NCBI GenBank assembly: GCA_964188305.1
Contig: OZ076890.1
Reading direction: 5' to 3' (one strand)
Origin: Podarcis bocagei
Taxonomy: Eukaryota
DNA length: 64,000 nucleotides
Shown here: piece after piece, positions 1 through 11,229 of the stretch
Layout of the letters: the number at the start of each line of letters is the position of its first letter
How positions within the stretch are numbered: position 1 is the first letter of the stretch
The notes under the pieces: generated by a model
Databases searched by the model: none
Seen by the model: only the letters and a program-made list of their open reading frames with translations
What the model was told of the DNA's origin: nothing
Program-made: the position numbers and the translations under genes

Positions 1-1647
1 CATAACCTGTGTGGGGTTCCTTGGTAGATGAGTTAAGTGGAAATGGTTCTTCAAAGGCAGAAAGTATGGAAACTGTTCAGTTTGTGTCTGTCCTGAGTTT
101 TTATTTTCTGGATGTTCGGGAAGGAGATTTCTAGCTATGACAGCACTAAGTCTTGATGCTTGCCTTTCAAAATTGTATTATTTTTTTTAAATGTAAGCGT
201 TGTTGTAATTCAAAGTGATGCTTTTGTACTTCTTTTCTTTTTAAAAGAAGAATATTACGTGCATATTTTCCCAAGGAATAATCAGTAGCTTTAACCATGC
301 ACTTTCGCCTTTCGTGTCTGCATAGTACTTAGCAGCAGAAGTATTTGACAGTTATGTTAAAACAAAAAGCCAATGGGAATTTATCAACCATCTACTGAGT
401 TGCATCTTATCATGGTGGCCTGCTGTTTGAAATATGACTCCTGGTGTGTATTGTCTTCTTAGCCCTAGGATACAGTAATGAGATTGAGTGGTATCATGTG
501 TGAGCCCTCATGGATGATTGACAAAAGAGGTGATGTGACTCATCATTTATCAAGATATTATCATGGCTACCCTTTATAATTTATCCCTGCTGTCTGGGGA
601 GATGGTGAGGACAGCTCTGACTTTGTGATGTCAAAGTAATTAGTGTTTGTTTTTGGTTTCCAGCTGAACAAACTGGAAGCTAATGATCAGGTAAATTAAG
701 ATGGGAATGCATCAGTGTAGACAAAGGTGAGAGGACCTCTGGGAAGAGCTTATCAAAATTTCATCTTTTTTAAAAAACCATTGTGTTTTCTAATTGTTCT
801 CTTCTACTCATTTGCCATTAATAGATAGAATCTAAGGTTAGCTTTGCTATGCACGTTTACTCAGTAAATAGTGAGACCTTGCATCATTAGCTACTTTCTG
901 ACACTTGTATTTAGCTAAACTGTTAGAACTATCAAATTACAAACACATTCTAAGACTCAAAAATTGTATACTGGTTGCATATGTGGCATGTTTATGATTT
1001 TAGATAAATGTGTGTGTTACAAGTTGGGTCTCCATATTTGGTTCATGCTGGTTTCAGGAGAAGGGGATAGAATACCTTCCCCTCCCCTGAAGCATTATGG
1101 TGGAAAAATTGTGTTCACCCGGCAATCCTGCTTACATAGCTAACTTTAATTGGGTTATCTAACATTGTTCTTACTTCAAGGTGTGCTTTAACGCCACATT
1201 ATCGTATAATTCCATGCGAGTGGGAATGGCAAATAAAACCTTGTGGTGTACCCTTGCCTCCTTATATGAGTGCTCTTGTTTAGGCTTCCTCAAGCAGGTA
1301 AGATCCTCCGTTTTCCCCCCTCACTGGCAGTCCTCACTGTTGTGGTTTTTTTGGTTTGTAATTGGGTTTTGCCCCCTTTGGTTTAAATAGCTTTTCTTTT
1401 CTGTATTTCTGGAGACCTCACAGCTCTTGTGAATAATACTGATACCCACTTCTTGTTTCTTAGAGGCTTTCTTTTTGCCCTGGTCCCATGGACACTTGTG
1501 ATCTGAGTTTGCTAATATAGTAGACAGAATGATATAGATGCCCTTATTTTAGAAAACTATTGTTTAATTTGCCTAGACAGCAAGGGATGTGCAAGGAGCC
1601 CCCCCCCATTTTTCAATATAAAATGACTAAATCCTCCTTTGTCTATA

Positions 1648-1962
1648 CAGTGGTACCTCGCAAGACGAATGCCTCGCAAGACGAGAAACGCGCAAGACGA
1701 AAGAGTTTTCCGTTTTTTGAGTAGTTCCGCAAGACGAATTTCCCTATGGGCTTGCTTCGCAAGACGAAACGTCTTGTGAGTTCTTGCGAGTTTGTTTCCT
1801 TTTTCTTAAAGCCGCTAATAGCCGCTAAGCCGTTAATAGCCGCTAAGCCGCTAATAGCTGCTAAGCTGCTAAGCCGCTAATAGCCGTGCTTCGCAAGACG
1901 AAAAAACCACAAGACGAAGAGACTCGCGAAACGGATTAATTTCGTCTTGCGAGGCACCACTG
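1648..1962. mobile_element. Non-autonomous Tc1/mariner-superfamily (pogo/Tigger-like) MITE, family A
   Basis: TA target duplication; TIR cagtggtacctcgcaagacgaa / ttcgtcttgcgaggcaccactg; repeated gcaagacgaa subterminal motif; (gccgctaa/gccgctaata)n core. Confidence 0.9.
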
Positions 1963-2039
1963 TAGCTCTGGTTAGTGGTTATAGAAGTTTCAGTTTGATA
2001 AGTTCTTGAATGTAGAGAATTGAGCATTGGTTAGTGAGT

Positions 2040-2782
2040 GATTACCTAGACTGAATGGATGGATTGGAGGTTGCCCCCATCTGATGGGTTGGGTACACAT
2101 CTTGGGGGTCCTTTTGGATCCATTGCTTACTCCTGATGTTCATGTAGTTTCAGTGGTTTGGAGTGTCTTACATCAGCTTCAGCCGTGCCCCTATCTGGTT
2201 AGGAATAGCCTGATTTCTGTTGTCCAGGCTCTGGTAACCACTTGGGTAGATGACTACAACGCATTATATATGAGAGCATTATATATGAGACTGTCTCTGA
2301 AGATGTTTGGAAACTTCAGCTGGTGCAGAATTCAGTGGCCAGGTTGCTAACTGGGGCAAGATAGTTTGAGCGTATAGTGCTAGTCCTGGTTTGACTGCAC
2401 TGGCTGCCAGTTAGCTTCCAGGCCCAATTCAGAGTGCTGGTTTTGACCTATATAAAGCCTTAAAAGGCTCAGTACCGCAATACCTCAAGGACCATCCCTC
2501 TCCATATGAGCCAACCTGGACCTTGCTCTCATCATCTGAGATGAGATGTGCCTACTCTGCAAGAAGTCCGGAGGGTGGCAACACGGGCATGGGCATTTTC
2601 TGTGGTGGCTCCCTTCTTGTGGAATGCTCTCCCTAGGGAGGCTTGCCTGGCGCTTTCACTACATATATGTTTAGGTGCCAGGAAAAAACATTTCCTCTGT
2701 AACCAGGCCTTTTAACTGTCTGTAGCTTTTTAGAAGTGGGTGGGATGTTTTTAATGTGTCCCCCCCCCATGGTTTTAATGTA
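2040..2782 (+). mobile_element. Degenerate L2-clade LINE 3' portion; its AT-rich tail resumes after the MITE at about 3600-3690
   Basis: Degraded KLQLVQN..ARLL, LHWLPV..AQFRVLVLTYKAL and APxLWNALP-like segments; boundaries approximate. Confidence 0.75.
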
Positions 2783-3598
2783 CCGTATTTTTCGCCCTAT
2801 AGGACACACTTTTCCCCCTCCAAAAATGAAGGGGAAATGTGTGTGCGTCCTATGGGGCGAATGCAGGCTTTCTCTGAAGCCTGGAGAGCGAGAGGGGTCG
2901 GTGCGCACCGACCCCTCTCGCTCTCCAGGCTTCAGGAAGCTATCCGCAAGCCTTGGGAGCTCCGTGGGAGTTCCCGTCGGGCTCCCAAGGCTTGTGGATA
3001 GCAGCCTCCAAACCTGACCTGGTTTGGAGGCTGGCGGTGGGGAAAGCAGCGCTTCTCCCCACCGCTAGCCCCACAAGCTCTTCCCGCTGTTCCCCGACCT
3101 GGTTTGGAGGCTGGCAGTGGGGAGAAGCACTGCTTTCCCCACCGCCAGCCCCACAAGCTTGGGGACAGTGGGGAGGCGGAGTGCGCCTTCCCGCTGTTCC
3201 CCGACCTGGTTTGGAGGCTGGCGGTGGGGAGAAGCGCTGCTAGCCCCACAAGCTCGGGGGACAGCGGGGAGGCGGAGCGCCGCTTTCCCGCTGTTCCCCG
3301 ACCTGGTTTGGAGGCTGGCGGTGGGAGCTGCCTGCATCCCGAAGCCTGGGGCGCGCTGAGCCACGCGCCCCGGGCTTCGGGAAGATATCCGCAAGCCTGG
3401 GGAGACCGGCGCGACTTCCCCGCCGGGCTCCCTAGGCTTGCGGATAGCAGCCTGTTCTGGGGGCTGGGGTCGGGGGAAGCTTGGGCTTCCCCTGCCCCAG
3501 CCCTGCACCTGGAGGGGGAAATAATTTCCCCCCCTTTATTCCCCCCCAAACTAGGTGTGCCCTATGGGCCAGTGCACCCTATGGGGCAAAAAATACGG
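2783..3598. mobile_element. Tc2-like (CCGTATTT-ended) non-autonomous DNA transposon with GC-rich repeat/palindrome core, nested in L2
   Basis: TA flanks; TIR ccgtatttttcgccctatagg / ccctatggggcaaaaaatacgg; about 4 internal copies of gacctggtttggaggctggcggtgggga; perfect 62-bp palindrome 2874-2935. Confidence 0.88.
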
Positions 3599-4099
3599 TA
3601 TATCTGTAGGATTTTTTGGTTGGTTTTAAGTTGCTTTAGGTTGCCCTGGGCAAGGTAAAGTGATGGACAAATTTAATAAAATAATAAAATAAATTGGTAA
3701 TTATAGTGTAACTAATTAAAACAATGCTTAGTGGTTGGACTTTGTCATGTTGTCAAAAAACCTTGTTATTTAATGTTTTGTATAAAGAAGGTTAAGAAGT
3801 CTGTATGGTCAGTGTAGTAAACAGAGAGAACATGTTAAGTGGTTGCTGAATCAGCATTGCCCTAAAATGGTTTACAGTGTAATTCTTTATATGTCTGCTT
3901 GGAAATAAGGACCAGATAGTTCAGTGGGACTTACTTCCAAGTAAGTTTGAATAGGATTGCAGCCCTACTCCTGTAGAAGGTTTTGATAATGATGAGGAAA
4001 AGAGCAAAAAGAAGAGGTGTTCTCTGGCTAGGAGTATAGGTACTGTTTTTGCTTGGCCATTGATTTCTTCACTTGGGTTTTTTAAAAAATATGTACTTA

Positions 4100-4102
<3 letters not shown>

Positions 4103-4133
<31 letters not shown>

Positions 4134-4489
4134 CTTTCGTAGATTTTCACGGGTACAGGAATGCAGGTTTTGGTGTCTTCGGGTGTCTTCCCGTGTAAGA
4201 GTTGGGGTGTCTAGGCCTAGACACCCCAACTCTTACACGGGAAGACACCCGAAGACACCAAAACCTGCATATATATATATATATATATATGCAGGTTTTG
4301 GTGTCTTCGGGTATCTTCCCGTGTAAGAGTTGGGGTGTCTAGGCGACGTTTCGACGAGGTCTCACTCGTCATCTTGAAGATGACGAGTGAGACCTCGTCG
4401 AAACGTCGCCTAGACACCCCAACTCTTACACGGGAAGATACCCGAAGACACCAAAACCTGCATTCCTGTACCCGTGAAAATCTACGAAA

Positions 4490-4546
<57 letters not shown>
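4103..4546. mobile_element. Penelope-like element terminal (pLTR) fragments in inverted/fold-back arrangement within (TA)n
   Basis: Two perfect palindromes (4161-4270; 4289-4463), outer inverted repeat 4132-4160/4464-4492, three (TA)n tracts, hammerhead-type motif typical of PLE pLTRs. Confidence 0.75.
4374..4413 (+). ncRNA. Minimal type I hammerhead ribozyme motif, truncated at the fold-back axis and probably inactive in this copy
   Basis: (U)UGAAGA-U-GACGAG[UGAGAC]CUCGUC-GAAA-C-GUC: core boxes, 6-bp stem II, loopless ACGU stem III, GUC site ending 4407; C3 and stem I 5' strand replaced by the inverted arm. Confidence 0.65.
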
Positions 4547-4553
<7 letters not shown>

Positions 4554-4638
4554 CCACACACCAAGGAAGCACAATAATCAGATTATTTTACTTGGAGGAG
4601 TTTTTTTTGCATGAGATGAATCACTGGAAAAGTGAGTA

Positions 4639-5349
4639 CAGTGGTGCCTCGCAAGACGAAATTAATTCGTTCCGCAAGTTTTTTCTTCTTGCGAGTTTTT
4701 CGTCTTGCGATGCACGGTTTCCCATAGGAATGCATTGAAAATCAATTAATGCGTTCCTATGGAAACCGCCTTCAGACCAGGTCCGGGGACAGTCTGTCCC
4801 CCGACCTCTTCTGAAGGCTGGGGGGGGGGACAAGGGCTTTTCTTCCCACCCCCAGCATTTTACAAAACCCCGGGACAGCGGAGGACTTCTCCGCTGTCCG
4901 GGGCGATGTAAAAGCCCCTGGGAAGGCAGGCAGGGGGGACAAAGACTTTTACCCCCCGCCCGCCTTCAGAAGAGGTCCTGGACCTCTTCTGAAGGCGGGC
5001 GGGGGGCGAAAGTCTTTGCTCCCCCCCGCCTGCCTTCAACAGCCGTCCGTGATAGCGGGAAGCGCTTCCCTGCTATCCCGGACTGCTTTTAAAATGCTGG
5101 CGGTGGGGAGCAAAGCCTTTCGGCCCCCGCCGGCCTTCCTGGACCTCTTCTGAAGGCCGGAGAGGGGGAAAGGCTTTGCTCCCCACCACCAGCATTTAAA
5201 AGAGGTCCCTGGAGATTTCCCTATGGGCTTTCTTCTTGCGAAGCAAGCCCATAGGGAAATTCGTCTTGCGAAGCGCCTCCAAAACAGAAAACCCTTTCGT
5301 CTTGCGGGTTTTCCGTCTTGCGAGGTATTCGTCTTGCGGGGTACCACTG
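4639..5349. mobile_element. pogo/Tigger-like MITE, family A, long GC-rich variant, opposite orientation to 1648-1962
   Basis: TA flanks; cagtggtgcctcgcaagacgaa / ttcgtcttgcggggtaccactg; internal hairpin 4952-5006. Confidence 0.9.
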
Positions 5350-7530
5350 TACATGTGTTACGGGACCAATCGTTTTATATCTGCGCTGGTTTAGTGTGCT
5401 AAACCAACTAATAGCAATCAAACTTGGTGTTTTTAGTTGATGAGGCTTTATAAACAGCAAATTTATAAATAAACGTGACGATTTGAACATAAATTGTTTT
5501 TAAGAAGAAGAGAGCTTTATTTCTTCCAATGTCATGTTATCATTATTTAGTATCAATGTCAAATCCTTATACTGACTTTGATTTTAAATAAACCACCTTA
5601 TTGTGGTTTTTTTCTTTTCTTACTGTTACCTTCCATTGTCTCCCCCCCCACCTTTTTGGGGGGTGGTGGGAGTGGAGGCTTTGCTGAAAATAAGTAGAGT
5701 AGAATCCTTGGCAGAAATTTGTCTGGACTAATATGGCTAATCAGCGACATTATGTTTAATTGGGAGCCTGAGGTATAGTAGCTGGAGACTGAAGGGAGTT
5801 ATTTAGCATTAGCAGTAGCTCGTCTGGGAGTTGTGTACTAATCAAGGAGCTTGTGTGCTAGCTGTGGGGATGATGGGAATTATGACGATTATGACATGTT
5901 AGTACATGTCTGTGGGAGAAGTGGACAGGCAACGAGTTAATCAAGAAGTATATTAAATAGCTCCCATGCTGGTTTCTTACTACCCTCTGTACTGCCTATC
6001 AAGGTTTAAGATTGTAAGGAAAAAATACCTTCCCTATTTCTGAGTGTATCTTTGCAGGTAAAGTACCCAGCCAAAAGGAATGTAATTTTTTTTAGTACGT
6101 ACATTCTCTGAAAGTACACTGTCCAAGGAAAAATGTGACAATTTGAGGCTTGCTTCAAAATCAAGTCTGCCAACTAAACGTAACAAATGGGTGCCTTTCA
6201 AATACATGAATTACTTATTTAAAATAGAAAGTAGTAGTTTGGGTTCTGTTCTTGCATTTCTGCAAAGCTCTTTAATATTAAACACTTGGCATCTGAAGTC
6301 AAGCTGAAGCATTAATCTCATGCACCTTGCAGGAAAAAAAAAATTCTTCCCCTCTGTGGTGGAAGGTGGTCTATTTTGTGCACCAGGTAAACCCATTCTG
6401 CACCCAGCATGGCAGAATCATACATTTCATATCTGTCACGAAACTTTCTGTTAGAAATGTGCATATGTCTAGGAAGCAGAAGTAATAGTTTACTTTTTAA
6501 AAGGAATTGAAGCATTCCATAAATCCACAAGCAGATCGGATTATATCTGTAGGTAAACTTATCTTGGAGTTACTGTACAGATGAGCCACACATTTTTATT
6601 ATTATTGTAAGCGCTGCCAAATTTATTAAAAACTTCCTACCAAACTGCGACCTTCATGTATTAACTTAATTAAAGCAGTATCATGGATGCTACTCAAAAG
6701 TGTTAACCTGTAGGAGGTTGTTATTGAAATCCATTATCTATGGAGTCAGTATTAGTGGTCAGCAGCATCAGAAAGTAAAACTGCAAGTAAGGCCCTCCCA
6801 TGGGTGCTGTGAGCCCAGCAGGTTAAACTGTCAAAGCTTCTTAAAGGGACTGATAGCTAAACCCCCTGGAGTTGTAGGTAAACCAATCATTTGCCATCAG
6901 CAGGGAATATGACTTTATTTAGCAGGCAGGGGAAAAAATTAATTGCTAACAGGAAAGAGGATTTAGCTAGAACCATCATGTGTGCGGTACTAAAAATATG
7001 TTCATATCTATAACACACACACACACCTTTCTGTGTTCATACCTTTGTAAGTCTCCCCCTCAAATTTTATGCTTTTTGGAGGGCTTGTTTTCTGGGAAAT
7101 GAGGTTTCCACAAGGAAGACATGTGCAGTCCCGTAAGCATGCTTATGCTTGCATGGGTGACAGCATGTGAATGGGGCAGCCTGACTTGGATGACTGCAAT
7201 TTCTGCCAGTGCAGTGGCTGAAAAAGTGTTTCTGTGATTGCAGTAAATGCTTCTTGGATGTACAGTATTCATGATTTTTTTGGGGGTCACATTTTTACCC
7301 ACATGAGTACCGTCCAAGAACTATGGGACTACTCGCCCTTGAAGGAAACTACTTGTATGAACATGCGCTGAACAAAGAGAGAATGAACTAGAGTAAATTC
7401 TTAGCTTTGTAGATGGTATGCCTCTGCACGTTTGCAAAGGGGGCATAATAAAGTGCCTTTCATATAAATGAACTCTGCACATCATATACAAAACTGCAGT
7501 GAAAATGCCATTTTTATTAACAAGCACATA

Positions 7531-7791
7531 CCGTATTTTTCGCTCTATAAGACACACCAGACCACAAGACGCACCTAATTTTTGGAGGAGGAAAACAAGA
7601 AAAAAAAGATTCTGAATCTCAGAAGCCAGAACAGCAAGAGGGATCCCGCTGCACAGTGAAATAAGCAATCCCTCTTGCTGTTCTGGCTTCTGGGATAGCT
7701 GTGCAGCCTGCATTCGCTCCATAAGACGCACACACATTTCCCCTTACTTTTTAGGAGGGGAAAAGTGAGTCTTATAGAGCAAAAAATACGG
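7531..7791. mobile_element. Tc2-like (CCGTATTT-ended) MITE, short variant
   Basis: ta|ccgtatttttcgctctataagac ... gtcttatagagcaaaaaatacgg|ca; internal 25-bp perfect stem. Confidence 0.85.
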
Positions 7792-8544
7792 CAAGTTTCA
7801 TCAGTCCAAATAAATCATGTCAAAGATGACCCTGCGGCTCTCACTTCTAAATATATGGGAACCTGGCAACTGCAGAAAAGATAACCAAAGGTGACCCATA
7901 ATATAAAGGTTTCTAAGGGCTTAGAAGATCCAGAACATTTTTATACTGTATGTTGGGACTTTATCATTTATACCAATACAACTACTTCCAGGACTCCTTG
8001 TCAGAGCCAGTTCAGGAAATATGGATATCTTAATGCTTCTACTAACAGGTATTTCCTGACATCTTCTGATTTTGTTAACAAATTAAGATACAATGGATAC
8101 ATTTGTTGTTTTAATTTGTGTTTATATTTAATAAAAAAGGACAAACTTAAAAAGATGACTAAAAATATTATATTATGTGTACTTACTGGTTTCTATTGGC
8201 TACAGTTAAGTTTAAAAGGGATACACATCTGATACTGAAATTGAAGAGAACATGACTAATAAGGATAGAAACACTTGGCAGGGGAAGATGCAGAAGTACT
8301 GAACTTATGCCTGGATTCAAAATTGCAGATGAGAGCAATAAAGTAAAGCTTAATCCTGGTAACATGGAGCTCCTGCATGTAGATGGTTCTCTGGTTCAGG
8401 GAAATGCTGTTTAGCCAGTTCTTGGTCAAATCCTACTTCCTCTGAAGGAACAGGTTTGCAGCTTTTGGGATACTTCTTAATCCAGTCTTTTTTTGTCTGT
8501 CTCCTGCTGAGGTTCATAATGTCAAAACATGAGTATAAGTAGCA

Positions 8545-8720
8545 CCCTATAGGATCAGGCCAAAGGCCTATCTAGTTCAGCATCCTGTACTCACAGTGGC
8601 ATATGGGAAGCCTATATGTCCTATACGCATTCACACTCTTAACACTCTGAGAATCCCATCAACTGGTATTCTATGGCACACTGTTTCTGATAGTAGAGGG
8701 TAGAACATAGCTGTTAGGAT
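8545..8720 (-). mobile_element. Old CR1-type 3' end fragment
   Basis: ggatcaggccaaaggcctatctagttcagcatcctg motif, also present at about 33050; boundaries approximate. Confidence 0.5.
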
Positions 8721-10187
8721 TGGGCAACAGGCTACATGCCACTTCAGCTATGGGCACACTTTAAACCCAATGCTGCCACTCTCTCAGCTGACATATTTGT
8801 TTAGGTCACAGTGGCCCAGCTTTTCATGCCAAGTGGGCCGCAAGAGTACTCTGACATGGAAGCCAAGGGCCACAAACTGTCTTGTCACACGTTAAAGTGG
8901 GGAGGGGAAAAGCAAGGCAAAAATCTGAGCACTGCCTGCCTCCCCAGACTTTGTGCTGCCTTCCCAAAATTGGTAAGGTAAGGTAATGGGTTTTGGAAAG
9001 GAGCACAAGGCTCTGGCAGGTGTCCTAGAGTCCTCCCACCTCATTCCCAAAGCTGGAAGGACTCTAGGGCCCTATCAAAGCCCTCACGCCTCCTTCCCAA
9101 AGCCCAGGGTCTCTCTTATCAGGCTTTGGGAGGGCTGGGGTGTTTATCAGATGCTGCCAGCGCCATGCCTTGGACCACCCTGGTCTAGTTATTTTGATTT
9201 CAAACTTCTACAGTGCTGTGCACTTTACGCCTAAATATATTTTGATTTCGATCTGTCTGCCTCTGCAAAGCTTGGCAATCATACCTCCTTCCTTGGTTAA
9301 CAGCTGAAACAGTGGATTCAAAGATAATTTGCATTCAATTGATTTTTAATTCAGGACTTTGTTATGCCTTTGTATGTGAGAGAGTGAGAAGCAACATTAC
9401 AAAGGATTTACTCATTACCCTCATTTTATGGGACAAGCTAATTGTGGTTTGTCTTGCTGAGACGTATTATGCTGTTTGGGTCAATTGAGTGAATCCACTC
9501 TACACTGCAACATCATTCCTTGCTCTGTAATATTGATTTGAGCTGGGGGGAAAACCCAGAGGATTACTAGTTTGATGAGGTTTCTTTGTGTAAATTCTTA
9601 AAATCCCAGCTAATGTTCAAAACAGGCTGACTGTATAATTCATAAAGCACTGATGCACTTGATTTTTGGAGGGTGAAGGGTTTTTAGTGGAGGGATCAGT
9701 GCCTTAAGACCTCAAGATACAAAAGGTTGACGTACTCTGCATAACTGGGACAGTGGGTGATCTTAGGCACTCTTGAGGGATTTGTGAGCTCTGTTGTGTG
9801 TTTACTTTTAATTAGGCATTTGCATTTAAGTTAGTGGTAACTGCAGAATGGAAAGCATCTTCAGCTGTTTACAGTTATAGAAAGGGCTATATGAAAACAG
9901 TGCAGGTGGGTGGCTCTACGAGGGCAAAGAATGCAGCTGAACGGATTTTATTTCTTCTGCAGCAAGAAGGTAAGTAGAAGTATGCATGTGAATGCAGGGG
10001 TAATAAAAAGGCATACCCAGTTCTGTAAACATGTTGATGCTGACCTGAATTGACAGTCATGAGTGGCAGTGGTTGTCCTGGTTTCCTTATGCTATGACCA
10101 ACATAGGATTTGCATGGTTTTGTGGCCTTTCTGGGCACTATGATACTCATGGACTTGCTTATGAGTATCATGTTTTCCCACACATTA

Positions 10188-10530
10188 AAAGGTAAAGGGA
10201 CCCCTGACCATTAGGTCCAGTCGTGACCGACTCTGGGGTTGCGACGCTCATCTCGCTTTATTGGCCGAGGGAGCTGGGGTACAGCTTCCGGGTCATGTGG
10301 CCAGCATGACTAAGCCGCTTCTGGCGAACCAGAGCAGCACATGGAAACGCTGTTTACCTTCCCGCCGGAGCGGTACCTATTTATCTACTTGCACTTTGAC
10401 GTGCTTTCGAACTGCTAGGTTGGCAGGAGCAGCAACAGGAGCTCACCCCGTCGCAGGGATTCGAACCGCCAACCTTCTGATCGGCAAGTCCTAGGCTCTG
10501 TGGTTTAACCCACAGCGCCACCCACGTCCC
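10188..10530 (-). mobile_element. Sauria SINE (Squam1), full length, lacertid-type
   Basis: 13-bp TSD ttcccacacatta (10175-10187 / 10531-10543); tRNA-like head with GGTTCGAATCC B-box on minus strand; (ACCTTT) tail. Confidence 0.93.
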
Positions 10531-11229
10531 TTCCCACACATTAGGGCAGCCTTAATGGTCTGACTTTCTGGGTTTATTTGCTGTTGCTCTATGCTGTGTT
10601 GGATGAGGGTGGATATTTTTGTGATTAAGAGACTTGGTGCCAATCACCACCAAGTGACTCTTAATGTACACTCTTTAGTATTTTGATATTGTCTCAGGGG
10701 ATCTGTGGGACTGAATTGTATTTTAGTGTTCTATCTTTTCTACAAGCTACTTTGGGATTTCCTTTGCTTTAGGAAGCAATGCATAAATCTAATTAACTAA
10801 AGTTCACTGGCTACCTTACAGCACCAAAATGCTGCCTGCTCAGTAGACTAGAGGGAAGACCATTTCAAGGGAGCTACATGTGAACTGTAGCACACACCAC
10901 GAGATTGGCCTTGGCTTCTGTTTTGATTTGGCAAGTGTGCCAAAAGGGAAAAAGTGCCTTATTCTTTTCACTTTCCTTTTCCAAGCGTAGGTTTTTAAAA
11001 TTAAACTCATTACTTGGTTCCATTCCAGTTTGGTTTCTGATCTGCCTTGGTCACTTTGTGCTAGGGGAGGGAGTGCAGAGTACATCTTTGTATATTCCAG
11101 TTTGAAACAATCAGCCATGGTGTACTTCTGGCCAACTTGTTGGGGATGGGTGGTTGAGTGACTGCTTAGAGTGGCTCTGATCAGTGGAGAGCAGCTCCTA
11201 GAAGGTGGTGCTGGAGTTTCCTGATCTGT

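Noticed and set aside
1648-1962. Regularly repeated gcaagacgaa motifs resembling a CRISPR array
   Set aside because: Vertebrate context; short, irregularly spaced subterminal repeats of a TIR element with a TA duplication
2633-3658. Overlapping long ORFs (up to 205 aa) on both strands
   Set aside because: They lie in the GC-rich repetitive core of a non-autonomous transposon; repetitive peptides, no transposase motifs
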